64,000 bases of DNA from an uncultured Bdellovibrionales bacterium (GCA_964609855.1 CAZSTB010000007.1:94-64093); one strand, 5' to 3'. Shown: positions 1-9,610, counted from the first letter of the stretch. The notes: generated from the sequence alone by a model not told the origin. Numbers and translations: made by a program.

Positions 1-9
1 TTAATGCGA

Positions 10-378
10 TTACACGGGAATAACCTTGCCGACTGACTCGACGAGGATATTTCTGTCATTACTCTTTACCAATATTGCTGTAAAACCTTCGTGATGGATC
101 CCATGCTCCGGTTCAAATTCCTGAGCACTTACCAAAATTACAGGCAATTCTGGATTCACCCGCTTGACGCCATGAAGTAACAAAACCCCTGCACCCGGAC
201 GGGGCATACTATAATCCGTTATTACAAGCTCAACGGATCGTGCTTCATTAGCGAGCATTTGCATGGCCTCTTCTTCATCCTCAGCCAGAAAAACTTCGTA
301 ACCGGCTTTCAACAAAGAACTTTCCATAGAAAACCTTGCCAAATAACTATCATCTACAACCAAAATGCTTGCACACAT
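10..378 (-). CDS. Response regulator receiver-domain protein (CheY-like, stand-alone REC)
   Basis: 122 aa; 'ILVVDDS...' N-terminus, conserved Asp pocket and 'ITDYSMP' phospho-acceptor region typical of REC domains; no output domain. Confidence 0.75.
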   Translation of the reverse strand: MCASILVVDDSYLARFSMESSLLKAGYEVFLAEDEEEAMQMLANEARSVELVITDYSMPRPGAGVLLLHGVKRVNPELPVILVSAQEFEPEHGIHHEGFTAILVKSNDRNILVESVGKVIPV

Positions 379-496
379 AACACCTCCGAAATTTTTTGTT
401 TCCCTTTAGTAACAACACAATTCACAAAAAATAAGCATTTTATTGCTATATCAATGAATACGCATAGAATAATATTCTTCTTTCAAACAACTACTT

Positions 497-526
497 GCAT
501 ATTTATGCCAAATGTTAGTATACTCC
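497..526 (+). promoter_or_regulatory. Sigma70-like promoter for miaA (TTGCAT-18-TATACT), transcript nearly leaderless
   Basis: TTGCAT ... TATACT ~7 nt upstream of the miaA ATG at 531. Confidence 0.35.
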
Positions 527-530
527 ATTT

Positions 531-1517
531 ATGAATATTGTAAAGTCAAAGATTATCGTGATTATGGGTCCCACCGCATCCGGAAAGTCTGATGCGGCCA
601 TTAAGCTTGCCAAGCGGTTCAATGGGGAGGTTATTTCAGCCGATAGCCGCCAGATATACCGCAAAATGGACATTGGAACCGGGAAAGTGCCTAAAGACGC
701 CAGAAATCCCGATTCGGAAGACGGATATTTTTCAGAAGGAATAAGACACCACCTGATTGACGTGGCAGAGCCGAACGAAGATTTCAACATATCCCATTTC
801 AAAAAAATGGCTCTGGAAGTCATCGAAGAAATACTGAATAAAGGAAAACTCCCCATCATTTGCGGAGGAACAGGCTTTTGGATCCAAGCCATTACGGACA
901 ATTTGAATCTGCCCAAGGTTGCTCCGAATGAAAAACTTCGACATGAACTGGACAAATTCTCAGCAGCAGAACTTTTTGAAAAGCTTGCCAAACTTGATCC
1001 CGAGCGCGCTGAAAATATTGATAAGCAAAACAAATACCGTCTTGTGCGAGCATTGGAAATTATTGATGCAATCGGGAAAGTCCCGGCTCTCAAGAAAGAT
1101 TGTCATCCTGAACTTGTTTCAGGATCTGGACCAGGAAAGATTCTGAAACAAGTTCAGAATGACAGAAAAGAGTACGACTTTTTGCAAATAGGCATCAATG
1201 TTTCACGAGAAATTCTGAATGCAAAAATAAAAAAACGTTTAGATGAAAGATTTGAGCTTGGCATGATCGAAGAGGTTGAAAATCTGCACAAAAATGGCGT
1301 TTCTTACGAATGGATGGAAAAGATTGGACTGGAATATCGCTGGATAGCTAGATTTTTGCAAAATAAAATTTCACTTGAAGAAATGAAAGAAAAATTGTAT
1401 TTCGATATCATTCATTATGCCAAACGTCAGATGACATGGTTTGGAAGAAATAAAAAAATACAGTGGCTTAAAAATTACACCGGAATAGAAAAATTAGTGG
1501 AAAAATTTTTGTTATAA
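531..1517 (+). CDS. miaA: tRNA dimethylallyltransferase MiaA, carrying an in-frame palindromic-element insertion (peptide ..DCHPELVSGSGPGKILKQVQNDRKE..)
   Basis: 328 aa; P-loop 'IMGPTASGKS', 'ADSRQIYRKMDIGTGK' MiaA signature. Confidence 0.9.
   Translation: MNIVKSKIIVIMGPTASGKSDAAIKLAKRFNGEVISADSRQIYRKMDIGTGKVPKDARNPDSEDGYFSEGIRHHLIDVAEPNEDFNISHFKKMALEVIEEILNKGKLPIICGGTGFWIQAITDNLNLPKVAPNEKLRHELDKFSAAELFEKLAKLDPERAENIDKQNKYRLVRALEIIDAIGKVPALKKDCHPELVSGSGPGKILKQVQNDRKEYDFLQIGINVSREILNAKIKKRLDERFELGMIEEVENLHKNGVSYEWMEKIGLEYRWIARFLQNKISLEEMKEKLYFDIIHYAKRQMTWFGRNKKIQWLKNYTGIEKLVEKFLL
1101..1164 (+). repeat. Palindromic repeat element copy A (TGTCAT...ATGACA terminal inverted repeats, two hairpins), inserted in-frame in miaA
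   Basis: tgtcatcctgaacttgtttcaggatctggaccaggaaagattctgaaacaagttcagaatgaca; same 5' arm as copies at 5717, 11853, 19240 and 21495. Confidence 0.7.
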
Positions 1518-1525
1518 AAAGTTAG

Positions 1526-1556
1526 GGGTCGAAACATTAATTTCGACCCCTTTTGT
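1526..1556 (+). terminator. Rho-independent terminator after miaA
   Basis: ggggtcgaaa-cattaa-tttcgacccc followed by ttttgtttt. Confidence 0.6.
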
Positions 1557-2436
1557 TTTCTACTTCGCCAAGTCAACTACGTACCCAACAGATTGCCGAG
1601 GGCTGTCTGTCGTGAGTATCCTCCAAACGTAGTTGCACCTGAACAAGAACAGTCACAACACAAGCTTTCGCGCTTCAATGACATCGGCGCCTTGGATACA
1701 ATACTAGGGCTAAGCGTCCAGTCACCATCGTACAATACCGCCTTGCAATTCCTGCACCCCTTCTCAAAGCTGCTCGCATTTTCAGCCATGACCCACCCCC
1801 TTTTTCAGATCTGATGAATTACTTTCAGAACAAGAAGAACACACTACCTTGCAGTCATCTGGCAAATAAACCAAGGGCGCACCATAACAATGATCCATGT
1901 CACCAGGCAAAGATGAAACACCAAAGCCCTTACCAAAGTCGAGATTAAAGCATTTCACGCATTGAATAATTTTCTTCTTATCCTCATTGTTTGCCACGTG
2001 ACACCCCCTATTTTTGAAAGTTATTGTCGCAATAAATATTGTTAAGGAGCTTCTCTGACTATTCGCACTCCCGAATGTTAAAAAAATCGGAAGTGACAAC
2101 AAAAAAAAATCGCCATCACTGGCGATTCTCAAAACACAAAACTGTTTTTTGCTTTTTTCTGAAAGATATTCTTTTGGGGAGTTTTTATCTTTATCATTCT
2201 TTAATCATACACCAAAAATCAACAAAAATCAATACTAATTATCCACAACCTATTACAATAACTGCCGCTATTGACAAAATTAAAAAGAACTGTTACAAAT
2301 CAATGTTACCAAATATGATATGATCTTTAACAAAGGAGACTAAAGAAGAACGATTGCCTGATATTCCCAAGGAAAAGATTGAAAATATTCAATCACAAGC
2401 AGTTTCAGCAGTCACCTCAATCGCCAGGAGGAATGT

Positions 2437-2781
2437 ATGAATTTTTCATCTACCATAGGATCAATAAAAAATGGCCTGGTAAGGAAAGATCCCAGGTTCG
2501 TCCTGCTCATGCTCAAGGCCAATGCAGATGTGGAAAAATTGATAAAGTTCACATCCATTGAAATAAGTGGAAAACACTACAATCTCTTATCGGTTTTTGA
2601 AAAAGCCGCCAAAACCCAAGGCCTGGCATTTTCAGATGCCATCCTGCAAGCAAGAAAGAACTGCACCGCCTTGCTTGAATTTCCTGTTGAAATAACAACT
2701 GGCCAAGTTGTGGCCTACCGCATCGAGAAAAAATCAACAAAGTTTCATTTTACCCTAAAAAGGGATCATCAGGACAGTTAA
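2437..2781 (+). CDS. Hypothetical protein (114 aa)
   Basis: ORF preceded by AGGAGGA RBS 5 nt upstream of ATG; followed by bidirectional terminator. Confidence 0.45.
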   Translation: MNFSSTIGSIKNGLVRKDPRFVLLMLKANADVEKLIKFTSIEISGKHYNLLSVFEKAAKTQGLAFSDAILQARKNCTALLEFPVEITTGQVVAYRIEKKSTKFHFTLKRDHQDS

Positions 2782-2821
2782 GCTCTTTCCTTTTGATGGG
2801 AGCGATATACCAAAAAGCGAG

Positions 2822-2852
2822 ACCTCGTGAACAAACGAGTCTCGCTTTTAAA
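2822..2852. terminator. Bidirectional intrinsic terminator between convergent genes
   Basis: aagcgagac-ctcgtgaacaaacgag-tctcgctttt with T-runs on both strands. Confidence 0.55.
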
Positions 2853-2866
2853 ATATGCAAAAATTT

Positions 2867-3643
2867 CTAAGCAGCCTCACTGGAAGTAAATTCTTGATCT
2901 TGCTTACTTTCATTGGACACCTTATATTTTGCAATCTCATTGCGCAATTTCAACAAATCAGCTTTTGCAGCCGAAAGTTCAAAATATTCACTGTCATTTA
3001 TTTCTTTCAAATCATTATCCATGCTTTCAACATACACGTTGCGAGCGATCAAAAAATCATCCAAATAAAGACCTTTCATTCTCTCATCAATTTCTTTTTC
3101 ATATTTTTCCCACATAGGAGCCAGGACGCCTTCCAGACATTCCCGCTTATAATGCTCAACCAAGGCCAAGATTCCTTTTGCCTGACTCTCTATTTGCTCA
3201 TAAGTTGGGGAGGAAATTTCCACCATGGATTCAGAAACTAAATCATCTTCACTCAATTCAATGATATCCTCAATTTGCTGCGATTTTGTGAACAATTCAG
3301 AAGATGAAAGTCCACACTCATGCATAATCATTTTAATGACTGTTGCAACTTTTTCCTTGGAAACTCTTACTTGGTCGCTATCATTCAAATTAGCTTCAAA
3401 ATGTTTAGATTCATTCAAAACGCTCTGCACTATGTCTTTGCCTACTTGTCTGATCTTTTCGGTATCAAAGCCAGGCTGCTGTTTTTTGGGCAGAATCTCA
3501 TTGACAATCTTTGTCCTCAGCTCTTTTTGAACATTATCAAGCCAAGTCACGTAGCCCTTTTCACTCAAGGATTTACCGTTAGCTTCAACATAGATGAAAG
3601 CTTGCTTAGGCTCTTCTTTTCCCTTAAATATGCTTTTGAACAT
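2867..3643 (-). CDS. Hypothetical acidic protein (258 aa)
   Basis: Long ORF with uniform coding-like composition, Glu/Asp-rich; no recognisable motif. Confidence 0.55.
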   Translation of the reverse strand: MFKSIFKGKEEPKQAFIYVEANGKSLSEKGYVTWLDNVQKELRTKIVNEILPKKQQPGFDTEKIRQVGKDIVQSVLNESKHFEANLNDSDQVRVSKEKVATVIKMIMHECGLSSSELFTKSQQIEDIIELSEDDLVSESMVEISSPTYEQIESQAKGILALVEHYKRECLEGVLAPMWEKYEKEIDERMKGLYLDDFLIARNVYVESMDNDLKEINDSEYFELSAAKADLLKLRNEIAKYKVSNESKQDQEFTSSEAA

Positions 3644-3702
3644 ACTTTTTATTCGTTAAGATTGTATCTTATATTATACACCTATTTTTACTTTTTGTCA
3701 AA

Positions 3703-5199
3703 CTATCCCAATTTTTGCTTCAGCATTTCCATTACCATCTGCGGATTAGCTTTCCCTCCTGATTGCTTCATGACTTGCCCCATCAAAAATTTAAGCGCGT
3801 TCTCTTTGCCGGCTTTGTAGTCTTCTACTGATTGCGCATTAGCCTCCAGGACTGCATCCACGGCCTTTTCAAGCTCGCCAGTGTCATTCACCTGCCCCAA
3901 GTTCTTTTCTTCAATTATATGTGAGGGATCGCCACCAGTGTGGTACATTTCTTTTAGCACGATTTGTGCTGCAGAAGAATTTATTTTCCCGTCAGCCACA
4001 ATGCCGATAAGTTCCGCATAATTTTCCGGCGTAATTTTCAGATCGCGAATGTCATGATTATTTTCAGCCAAATGTTTTCTGACTTCGGAAATCAGATAAT
4101 TCACTGCTAGCTTAATAGCTTTTTCTTCAGCAACTGAAATCTCATGAGAAGCAATTTTTTCTTTAAGCTCACTGATAACTTGTTCAAAATATTCCGCCAA
4201 GTCAGATTCAGCAGTGATGATTGCAATATCATCAACATTTAAACCATATTCCTCAGTAAATCTTTTCTCCTTAGCACTTGGAAGCTCTGGAAGTTTGGCA
4301 CGTAAACTTTCCACATACTGCGCAGTAAATTCCATTGGTGGAATATCTGGTTCAGGGAAGTAGCGATAATCATGAGCAGATTCTTTTTTGCGCTGAGAAA
4401 CAGTCACGTTCTTCACACTGTCCCAACCGCGAGTTTCCTGCACAATTTTTTCTCCATTTTCCAACATTTCACTCTGGCGCTCAATTTCATAGTTGATCGC
4501 TTTCTCCACAAAGCGGAAAGAGTTGATATTTTTCACTTCAACCTTTGTTCCAGAAAGCTTAGGCTCGCCCTCTTTATGCAAGGAAAGATTTACTTCGCAG
4601 CGCATATTACCTTTCTCCATGTCAGCATCTGAAATTCCCAGGTAGCGACAAATCTGCTGCAATTTAGTGCAGAAAATTCTTGATTGTTCCCCATTTTCAA
4701 TATCAGGTTCAGTCACGAGCTCCATTAATGGCACCCCGGCGCGGTTAAAGTCCACCAGGGTGTGATCTGCGCCCTCAGGATGAACAAGCTTGCCAGTATC
4801 TTCCTCTAGGTGGATTCTGGTTACTCCAATTTTCTTAATTTCCTGTTTTCCATTTTCACCAGTAACCGTAATATCCATATGACCGAGCCCACAAAGAGGC
4901 TGGTCAAACTGAGAAATCTGATAACCTTTCGGGATATCTGGATAGAAATAATTCTTGCGATCAAATTTTGATTTGAGATTCAACTCGCAATTAAGAGCCA
5001 ATCCAGCAAGCTGCACTGCTTCAATAGCTTTCTCATTTGGCACAGGCAAAGTTCCGGGCTGCGCTGTGCAAACCGGACAGATATGAATGTTAGGTTTTTT
5101 TTCATGGCCAAGAGAATTCTTGCAAGAGCAAAACATTTTAGAGCTTGTCTTAAGTTCTACATGAACCTCCATACCTATCACTGGAATATATTTTGTCAT
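3703..5199 (-). CDS. gatB: Asp/Glu-tRNA amidotransferase subunit B
   Basis: 498 aa; 'GMEVHVELKT..K.FC.C' N-terminus and GatB/YqeY C-terminal domain. Confidence 0.92.
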   Translation of the reverse strand: MTKYIPVIGMEVHVELKTSSKMFCSCKNSLGHEKKPNIHICPVCTAQPGTLPVPNEKAIEAVQLAGLALNCELNLKSKFDRKNYFYPDIPKGYQISQFDQPLCGLGHMDITVTGENGKQEIKKIGVTRIHLEEDTGKLVHPEGADHTLVDFNRAGVPLMELVTEPDIENGEQSRIFCTKLQQICRYLGISDADMEKGNMRCEVNLSLHKEGEPKLSGTKVEVKNINSFRFVEKAINYEIERQSEMLENGEKIVQETRGWDSVKNVTVSQRKKESAHDYRYFPEPDIPPMEFTAQYVESLRAKLPELPSAKEKRFTEEYGLNVDDIAIITAESDLAEYFEQVISELKEKIASHEISVAEEKAIKLAVNYLISEVRKHLAENNHDIRDLKITPENYAELIGIVADGKINSSAAQIVLKEMYHTGGDPSHIIEEKNLGQVNDTGELEKAVDAVLEANAQSVEDYKAGKENALKFLMGQVMKQSGGKANPQMVMEMLKQKLG

Positions 5200-5373
5200 A
5201 TGCGTATATGTTAACTTTAGATAATATATAAATTTTATTGCAAATTATGTACTCAAATTTTTAATTTTTAATTTAAAATTTTTAATCAATTTCCAATGAA
5301 TAAATTTCCAATTTTAAAAAAATTTCACCGCTCATTCATTTCAAATTTCAAATTAAAAATTTCAAATTCCGCA

Positions 5374-5703
5374 CTAGCGGTTGTCTCCCTCTCCATGCAC
5401 CAGATCCCTTTCTCTTCTACTTTTTATTTTTTCCAAATTGCCGGTTGCCACGTCCTCCAACGACAAATCAAATTCTGAAGCAATTTGCGACAAATACCAA
5501 AGCACATCTCCCAATTCCTTCTTGACCTCCTCTCTCGATTGATCGTCCACCATTCCATTTTTATCTCTCAAAATTTTCTTCACTTTTTCAGCCACTTCAC
5601 CTGTCTCACCAGCCAGCCCGATTGTTGGAAAAGAAAAATTGTTTCCCAAGCCTGGATAGATTGCATTCTTGCGAGATTCTTTCTGATATTCATTGAAATT
5701 CAT
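5374..5703 (-). CDS. MazG-like nucleoside triphosphate pyrophosphohydrolase (small single-domain)
   Basis: 109 aa; 'GLAGETGEVAEKVKK', 'ELGDVLWYL' MazG/EEXXE-type motifs. Confidence 0.75.
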   Translation of the reverse strand: MNFNEYQKESRKNAIYPGLGNNFSFPTIGLAGETGEVAEKVKKILRDKNGMVDDQSREEVKKELGDVLWYLSQIASEFDLSLEDVATGNLEKIKSRRERDLVHGEGDNR

Positions 5704-5716
5704 AACAAAATGCTAT

Positions 5717-5774
5717 TGTCATCCTGAACTTGTTTCAGGATCTGGGTGGATTCCGGATCAAGACCGGAATGACA
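5717..5774 (+). repeat. Palindromic repeat element copy B (intergenic, 14 bp upstream of the MazG-like start)
   Basis: tgtcatcctgaacttgtttcaggatctgggtggattccggatcaagaccggaatgaca. Confidence 0.6.
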
Positions 5775-5788
5775 ATGTAGATTTTTTA

Positions 5789-6214
5789 TCATCTTACACC
5801 AGTGCTCCCAAATGCTCCTGCTCCCCTATTCGTATTTTCCAATTCTTCAACTTCTTCAATTTCCGGAATCTCAACTTTCTGAAAAAGGACTTGGGCGATC
5901 TTTTGACCTTTTCCGATAACATAATCCTCCTGTCCCAGATTCACCAATCCAATAAACCATTCTCCCGTATAATTGCTATCAATAACACCTCCTAAAGTTT
6001 TTATGCCACTTTTTTGAGAAATACCGCTCTTATCCCAGATAAGTCCAGCATATCCAGCAGGCATTCCAATTGCGATTCCCGTCTGACATGAAATTCTTTC
6101 ACTCGGTTTCAAAACGGCATCCTGAGTTGAATAAAGATCCATACCAACATCACCCTTTAAGGCAAACTTTGGAGCTATGGCATCGGGATGAATTTTTTTA
6201 ATTTGAATTTTCAT
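5789..6214 (-). CDS. dut: dUTP diphosphatase
   Basis: 141 aa; 'AGYAGLIWDKSGIS...GVIDSNYTGE' dUTPase motifs. Confidence 0.9.
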   Translation of the reverse strand: MKIQIKKIHPDAIAPKFALKGDVGMDLYSTQDAVLKPSERISCQTGIAIGMPAGYAGLIWDKSGISQKSGIKTLGGVIDSNYTGEWFIGLVNLGQEDYVIGKGQKIAQVLFQKVEIPEIEEVEELENTNRGAGAFGSTGVR

Positions 6215-6714
6215 TTTGTTAACTCCAAAAAAGTATAATTGAAATTTTCGTCACTACTCTTTCTTTCACTAACCACTGTTTTAAATTCGCCGTATTCCGG
6301 AAAAAAAGTATCTGCATCAAATTTGCCATCAACTATCGTTAGATATAATTTATCAGTAAATCGCATTGCTTGAGTGTAAATTTGACCTCCACCAATAATA
6401 AATATTTCATCTCTTTCGATCTCACTAGCTTTACTTATTGCATCTTCAATTGAATTAGCAACAACAATTCCTTCAGCTTTAAAATTTTCATCTCTGGTGA
6501 TTACAATGTTTGTTCGATTTGGCAACGGCCTTCCGATAGACTCAAAAGTCTTTTTTCCCATAATAATTACATGACCAGAAGTAAGCTCCTTGAAGTATTT
6601 GAAGTCTTCAGGAATATGCCAAAGCAATTGGTTACTTTTTCCAATTTCCCTCTGTGCGCCAATGGCACATACAATGCTAAAGATAGGTTTTCCTGATTTT
6701 TTCATGACTTGCAA
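6211..6714 (-). CDS. folA: Dihydrofolate reductase
   Basis: 167 aa; 'IGKSNQLLWHIPEDFKYFKELTSGHVIIMGKKTFESIG' DHFR signature; 4-bp overlap with dut. Confidence 0.9.
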   Translation of the reverse strand: MQVMKKSGKPIFSIVCAIGAQREIGKSNQLLWHIPEDFKYFKELTSGHVIIMGKKTFESIGRPLPNRTNIVITRDENFKAEGIVVANSIEDAISKASEIERDEIFIIGGGQIYTQAMRFTDKLYLTIVDGKFDADTFFPEYGEFKTVVSERKSSDENFNYTFLELTK

Positions 6715-6789
6715 GGACTTATTGATTTTTTTTCATGATAACACACAAAAACAAGCATGACAAAGGCATTTTATCTCTTGCTATTGCTT

Positions 6790-6818
6790 TTTTTACCAAA
6801 TAATGCTATAATTTACAA
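6790..6818 (+). promoter_or_regulatory. Sigma70-like promoter TTGCTT-17-TATAAT upstream of the HIT-like gene
   Basis: ttgctt tttttaccaaataatgc tataat. Confidence 0.45.
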
Positions 6819-6872
6819 TCGTCCCTTGAGAAGTGAATAGTATGTATCTAACATCACCATTTAAGCGTTTGA

Positions 6873-7934
6873 ATGCGCAAAAAGGAGAAGCCAGTGTCAG
6901 AATTATACCAAGTGGAAAAAAGAGCAAGCGGCGAGCAAGCTGCTCACATGGCACGAGCCCAAAAAGAAGGAACATGCGTTTTTTGTCAGATCGACTTCAG
7001 TAAAAACAAGCCGCTGGATCGCAATGGCAACGTGGATCGCACTGGTTCAGCATGGAAATATTGGTGGATTTGGTGGAATCCTTTTCCGCAAAATCACCAG
7101 CGCCACCTCGTGTTTGTCTTAAAGCGACATGTATCCAGCAATAATCCAGAGAAGATTTACTTCAAGGAATGGTTTGAACTTATGAGAGCCTTTCTTTGGG
7201 CGATCATGCTTTTCAAATTCATGGGTGGCGGTTTTGATTTTCGCTTTGGCGACACCCGCTACAATGCTGGTACCATCCCTGGGCATTTTCATGCTCAGAT
7301 ACAAGCACCGTGGGGCACCGGACAAGTTTTGGCTCTTTTTTATCCAGACCTCAGCCCTCTAGAGCAAGCGCGCACCGCAAATAGGATTGTTTACAAAAAT
7401 GAATTGAGCGATTTCGAAGGATATGTGATTCATAGTCAATCCTATACCCTCAACAAAAATTTTCACTGGGAAAGGTTCCCTGGGGATTACACTCACACTT
7501 ACGTCCATACAAAGGAGGCACTGTCACACATCTCAGCAATATTTTCTGGCAACGAACTACGCCCAGAGTGGATGGTTCCTGCCAAGTGTACGAAAGGTGC
7601 TGAAACTGCTGCGATTAGTGATACCAAAGAGCCCTTCACATTCCATGCAGCTCTTGATGTCGCCAACGTCTTCAATGAAGAGGCGTACGAGAGAGAGACG
7701 GTCCTGGGATATGCATTCGAGAATTCAGACGGCTTCTATCTCTCGAGAAATTTCGAATGGAATTCACCGACTCGCTTCGTTCACGCGGAGCAGGCTTACG
7801 AATACATTCTCGCTGTCTACCATGACCCCAACACTATCGTTTTCAATGCAGAACTTAATACGATCGATGGCAAGGTAATCATGGATGATGGTACAAAAGT
7901 TATCAACCACCTGAAGAGATACTTCTACAGGTAG
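6873..7934 (+). CDS. HIT-superfamily (GalT-branch, HxHxQ) nucleotidyl-transferase/phosphorylase-like protein with ~170 aa C-terminal extension; true start possibly GTG at 6893
   Basis: 'CVFCQI' Cys motif, 'HLVFVLKRHV', 'GHFHAQIQ' HxHxQ motif. Confidence 0.55.
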   Translation: MRKKEKPVSELYQVEKRASGEQAAHMARAQKEGTCVFCQIDFSKNKPLDRNGNVDRTGSAWKYWWIWWNPFPQNHQRHLVFVLKRHVSSNNPEKIYFKEWFELMRAFLWAIMLFKFMGGGFDFRFGDTRYNAGTIPGHFHAQIQAPWGTGQVLALFYPDLSPLEQARTANRIVYKNELSDFEGYVIHSQSYTLNKNFHWERFPGDYTHTYVHTKEALSHISAIFSGNELRPEWMVPAKCTKGAETAAISDTKEPFTFHAALDVANVFNEEAYERETVLGYAFENSDGFYLSRNFEWNSPTRFVHAEQAYEYILAVYHDPNTIVFNAELNTIDGKVIMDDGTKVINHLKRYFYR

Positions 7935-7956
7935 GATTCAATGCTTTATTAGCAAG

Positions 7957-7994
7957 AGCCCAGCAACCAAACAGGATGCTGGGCTCGTTTTTTT
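7957..7994 (+). terminator. Rho-independent terminator
   Basis: agcccagca-accaaacagga-tgctgggct followed by 7 T. Confidence 0.65.
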
Positions 7995-8039
7995 AACATT
8001 ATTTATCACTATTTTTGAGCAAAAAATTTCAAAAACACA

Positions 8040-8068
8040 TTGCCAACATCAAATCAAGGTGATAATAT
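8040..8068 (+). promoter_or_regulatory. Sigma70-like promoter TTGCCA-17-TAATAT
   Basis: ttgcca acatcaaatcaaggtga taatat; would place conserved motif 8095-8160 in the 5' UTR. Confidence 0.5.
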
Positions 8069-8094
8069 GCCTATACAAAGTATTAATATTATCG

Positions 8095-8160
8095 GCGCTC
8101 GCTCGGAAATTGAAAAGAGTACTTTTCATTTCACTCGACTTCGCTAGATAATAAGTAAAC
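8095..8160 (+). promoter_or_regulatory. Conserved ~65-nt leader motif copy 1 (hairpin GAAATTGAAAAG-AGTA-CTTTTCATTTC plus CTCGACTTCGCTAGATAATAA)
   Basis: ~80% identical to 42410-42477; stem shows compensatory changes between copies. Confidence 0.4.
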
Positions 8161-8169
8161 TAAAACCTT

Positions 8170-8751
8170 ATGGATAAAGAAGTACTAAGTCTTTTGGGAA
8201 GCGGAAAGCTCATTCCAACCGAAGAAATAGCAGAAATCTCAATTCAACTAAAAAAACATGGTCGCCGAGTTGTTCTAACTCAAGGCGTATGGGACCTTAT
8301 TCACGAAGGACATGCTCAATATCTTCATAAAGCAAAGCAGTTAGGCGATGTGCTAATTGTAGGTGTCGATACAGATGAGGTAGTAAAGCACCGCAAGGGC
8401 CCTACCCGACCGATAGTTCCAGAACAAGAAAGAGTAAAGATGATTTCCCATTTAAGGTCAGTAGATCTGATTGTTATGAAGGAATCAAAAACCGATCATG
8501 GCAAATTGATTAGAGACATCCAACCAGATGTATTGGTCATTTCAGAAACAACCCCACCAAATGTGGATGGAAAAACTTTCCTTGAAGAAATATGCGACGA
8601 ACATAAACCCTACTGCAAAGAAATAATCAACATGGAGCCCCAGTCCACTACTTCTACCACTGCCAGAATAAGACTTCTAACCATCAAGGGTGCTGAAGAT
8701 CTAGCCAAGGAATTACAGGAAGTTATCAGTAAGTTTCTTTATAAAAAATAA
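8170..8751 (+). CDS. Cytidylyltransferase-family nucleotidyltransferase (HldE/RfaE domain II-like adenylyl/cytidylyl-transferase)
   Basis: 193 aa; 'QGVWDLIHEGHAQYL...LGDVLIVGVDTDEVVKHRKGPTRPIVPEQERVKMISHLRSVDLIV' HxGH nucleotidyltransferase pattern. Confidence 0.7.
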   Translation: MDKEVLSLLGSGKLIPTEEIAEISIQLKKHGRRVVLTQGVWDLIHEGHAQYLHKAKQLGDVLIVGVDTDEVVKHRKGPTRPIVPEQERVKMISHLRSVDLIVMKESKTDHGKLIRDIQPDVLVISETTPPNVDGKTFLEEICDEHKPYCKEIINMEPQSTTSTTARIRLLTIKGAEDLAKELQEVISKFLYKK

Positions 8752-9593
8752 TGGAAAAAATTCTCATAGCTCTGGTCCCAGTTATTCATATTAAATATCT
8801 TGAGCTTTTCAAAAAATATCCCGACCATTTGTATATTTTAGATGATTCCATCCTGCAAAAATGGGGCAGATTTGAGTATCTAAAAAGAGACCTTAGGACG
8901 ATCGACCAACAAACTGTTTTTGATTTTATAAAAAAATCAGGAATCGTAAAGAAGGTTAATTTATTGACAGCTGAAAATCTAAAGAAAGTAACCGATCTTG
9001 AGGATACCTGTTTTGTCCTGCCAAATGAAGACGTTTCACACTGGTTCAAGGAAGAATTTCTTAGCGGAAAAAATGTTGAATTCGAAAATGTTTTCTTGAG
9101 ATGGAATAAACCAGTCTCCACACAGGAACTTGAAGTTTCCAATAATAGAATTATTACACAAGAAGAAGCTCATAGAGAGCTAATCAAAGAAGCTAATAAA
9201 GAGGCGGAAGAAAGTGCTAATTGGTGGAGACAGATTGGAACACTAGTAACCGATATAAAAGGAAATGTAATACTCAAAGCCTTTAACCGCCACGTCCCAA
9301 CCCAAGAGAATATGGCAGCTTACGGAGATTTAAGAATGTGTTTTGATGCAGGTGAAAATCACCATCTTTCAAATTCAATACATGCGGAAGCATCCTTGAT
9401 TGGTAAGGCAGCAAAGGATGGAATAAAATTAGAAGGTACTAATCTTTATGTATCAACATTTCCCTGCCCGACTTGCGCCAAATTGGTAGCTGAAGCAGGC
9501 ATTAAAAAAGTTTATTACCAAAGCGGATATTCCCTTTCTGATGCTGAAGACATTCTTAAAAATGCTGGGGTAGAGCTTATCTTGGTTAAGTAA
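8751..9593 (+). CDS. dCMP/CMP deaminase-domain protein with unknown ~150 aa N-terminal domain
   Basis: 280 aa; C-terminal 'HAEASLIGKAA...STFPCPTCAKLVAEAGIKKVYY' zinc-binding deaminase motifs; start overlaps upstream stop (TAATGG). Confidence 0.7.
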   Translation: MEKILIALVPVIHIKYLELFKKYPDHLYILDDSILQKWGRFEYLKRDLRTIDQQTVFDFIKKSGIVKKVNLLTAENLKKVTDLEDTCFVLPNEDVSHWFKEEFLSGKNVEFENVFLRWNKPVSTQELEVSNNRIITQEEAHRELIKEANKEAEESANWWRQIGTLVTDIKGNVILKAFNRHVPTQENMAAYGDLRMCFDAGENHHLSNSIHAEASLIGKAAKDGIKLEGTNLYVSTFPCPTCAKLVAEAGIKKVYYQSGYSLSDAEDILKNAGVELILVK

Positions 9594-9610
9594 AAAAATC
9601 AAATAGCAAA

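Noticed and set aside
259-1093. ORFs 259-534(+), 515-1093(-), 732-944(-), 919-1146(+) overlapping miaA and the response-regulator gene
   Set aside because: Antisense or out-of-frame shadows of well-supported genes; low-complexity translations with no motifs.
1560-2132. Small ORFs in the 1560-2132 spacer (1577-1789(-), 1593-1814(+), 1782-2132(-) Cys-containing, 2039-2323(+))
   Set aside because: Mutually overlapping on both strands, no RBS or promoter support. My hand translation of 1782-2132 did not reproduce the track protein across position ~2040, so I could not verify the frame. Left unannotated.
2855-3820. ORFs 2855-3241(+), 3225-3530(+), 3320-3820(+) opposite the 258-aa minus-strand gene
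   Set aside because: Antisense shadows with Phe/Leu/Ile-rich low-complexity translation typical of AT-rich non-coding frames.
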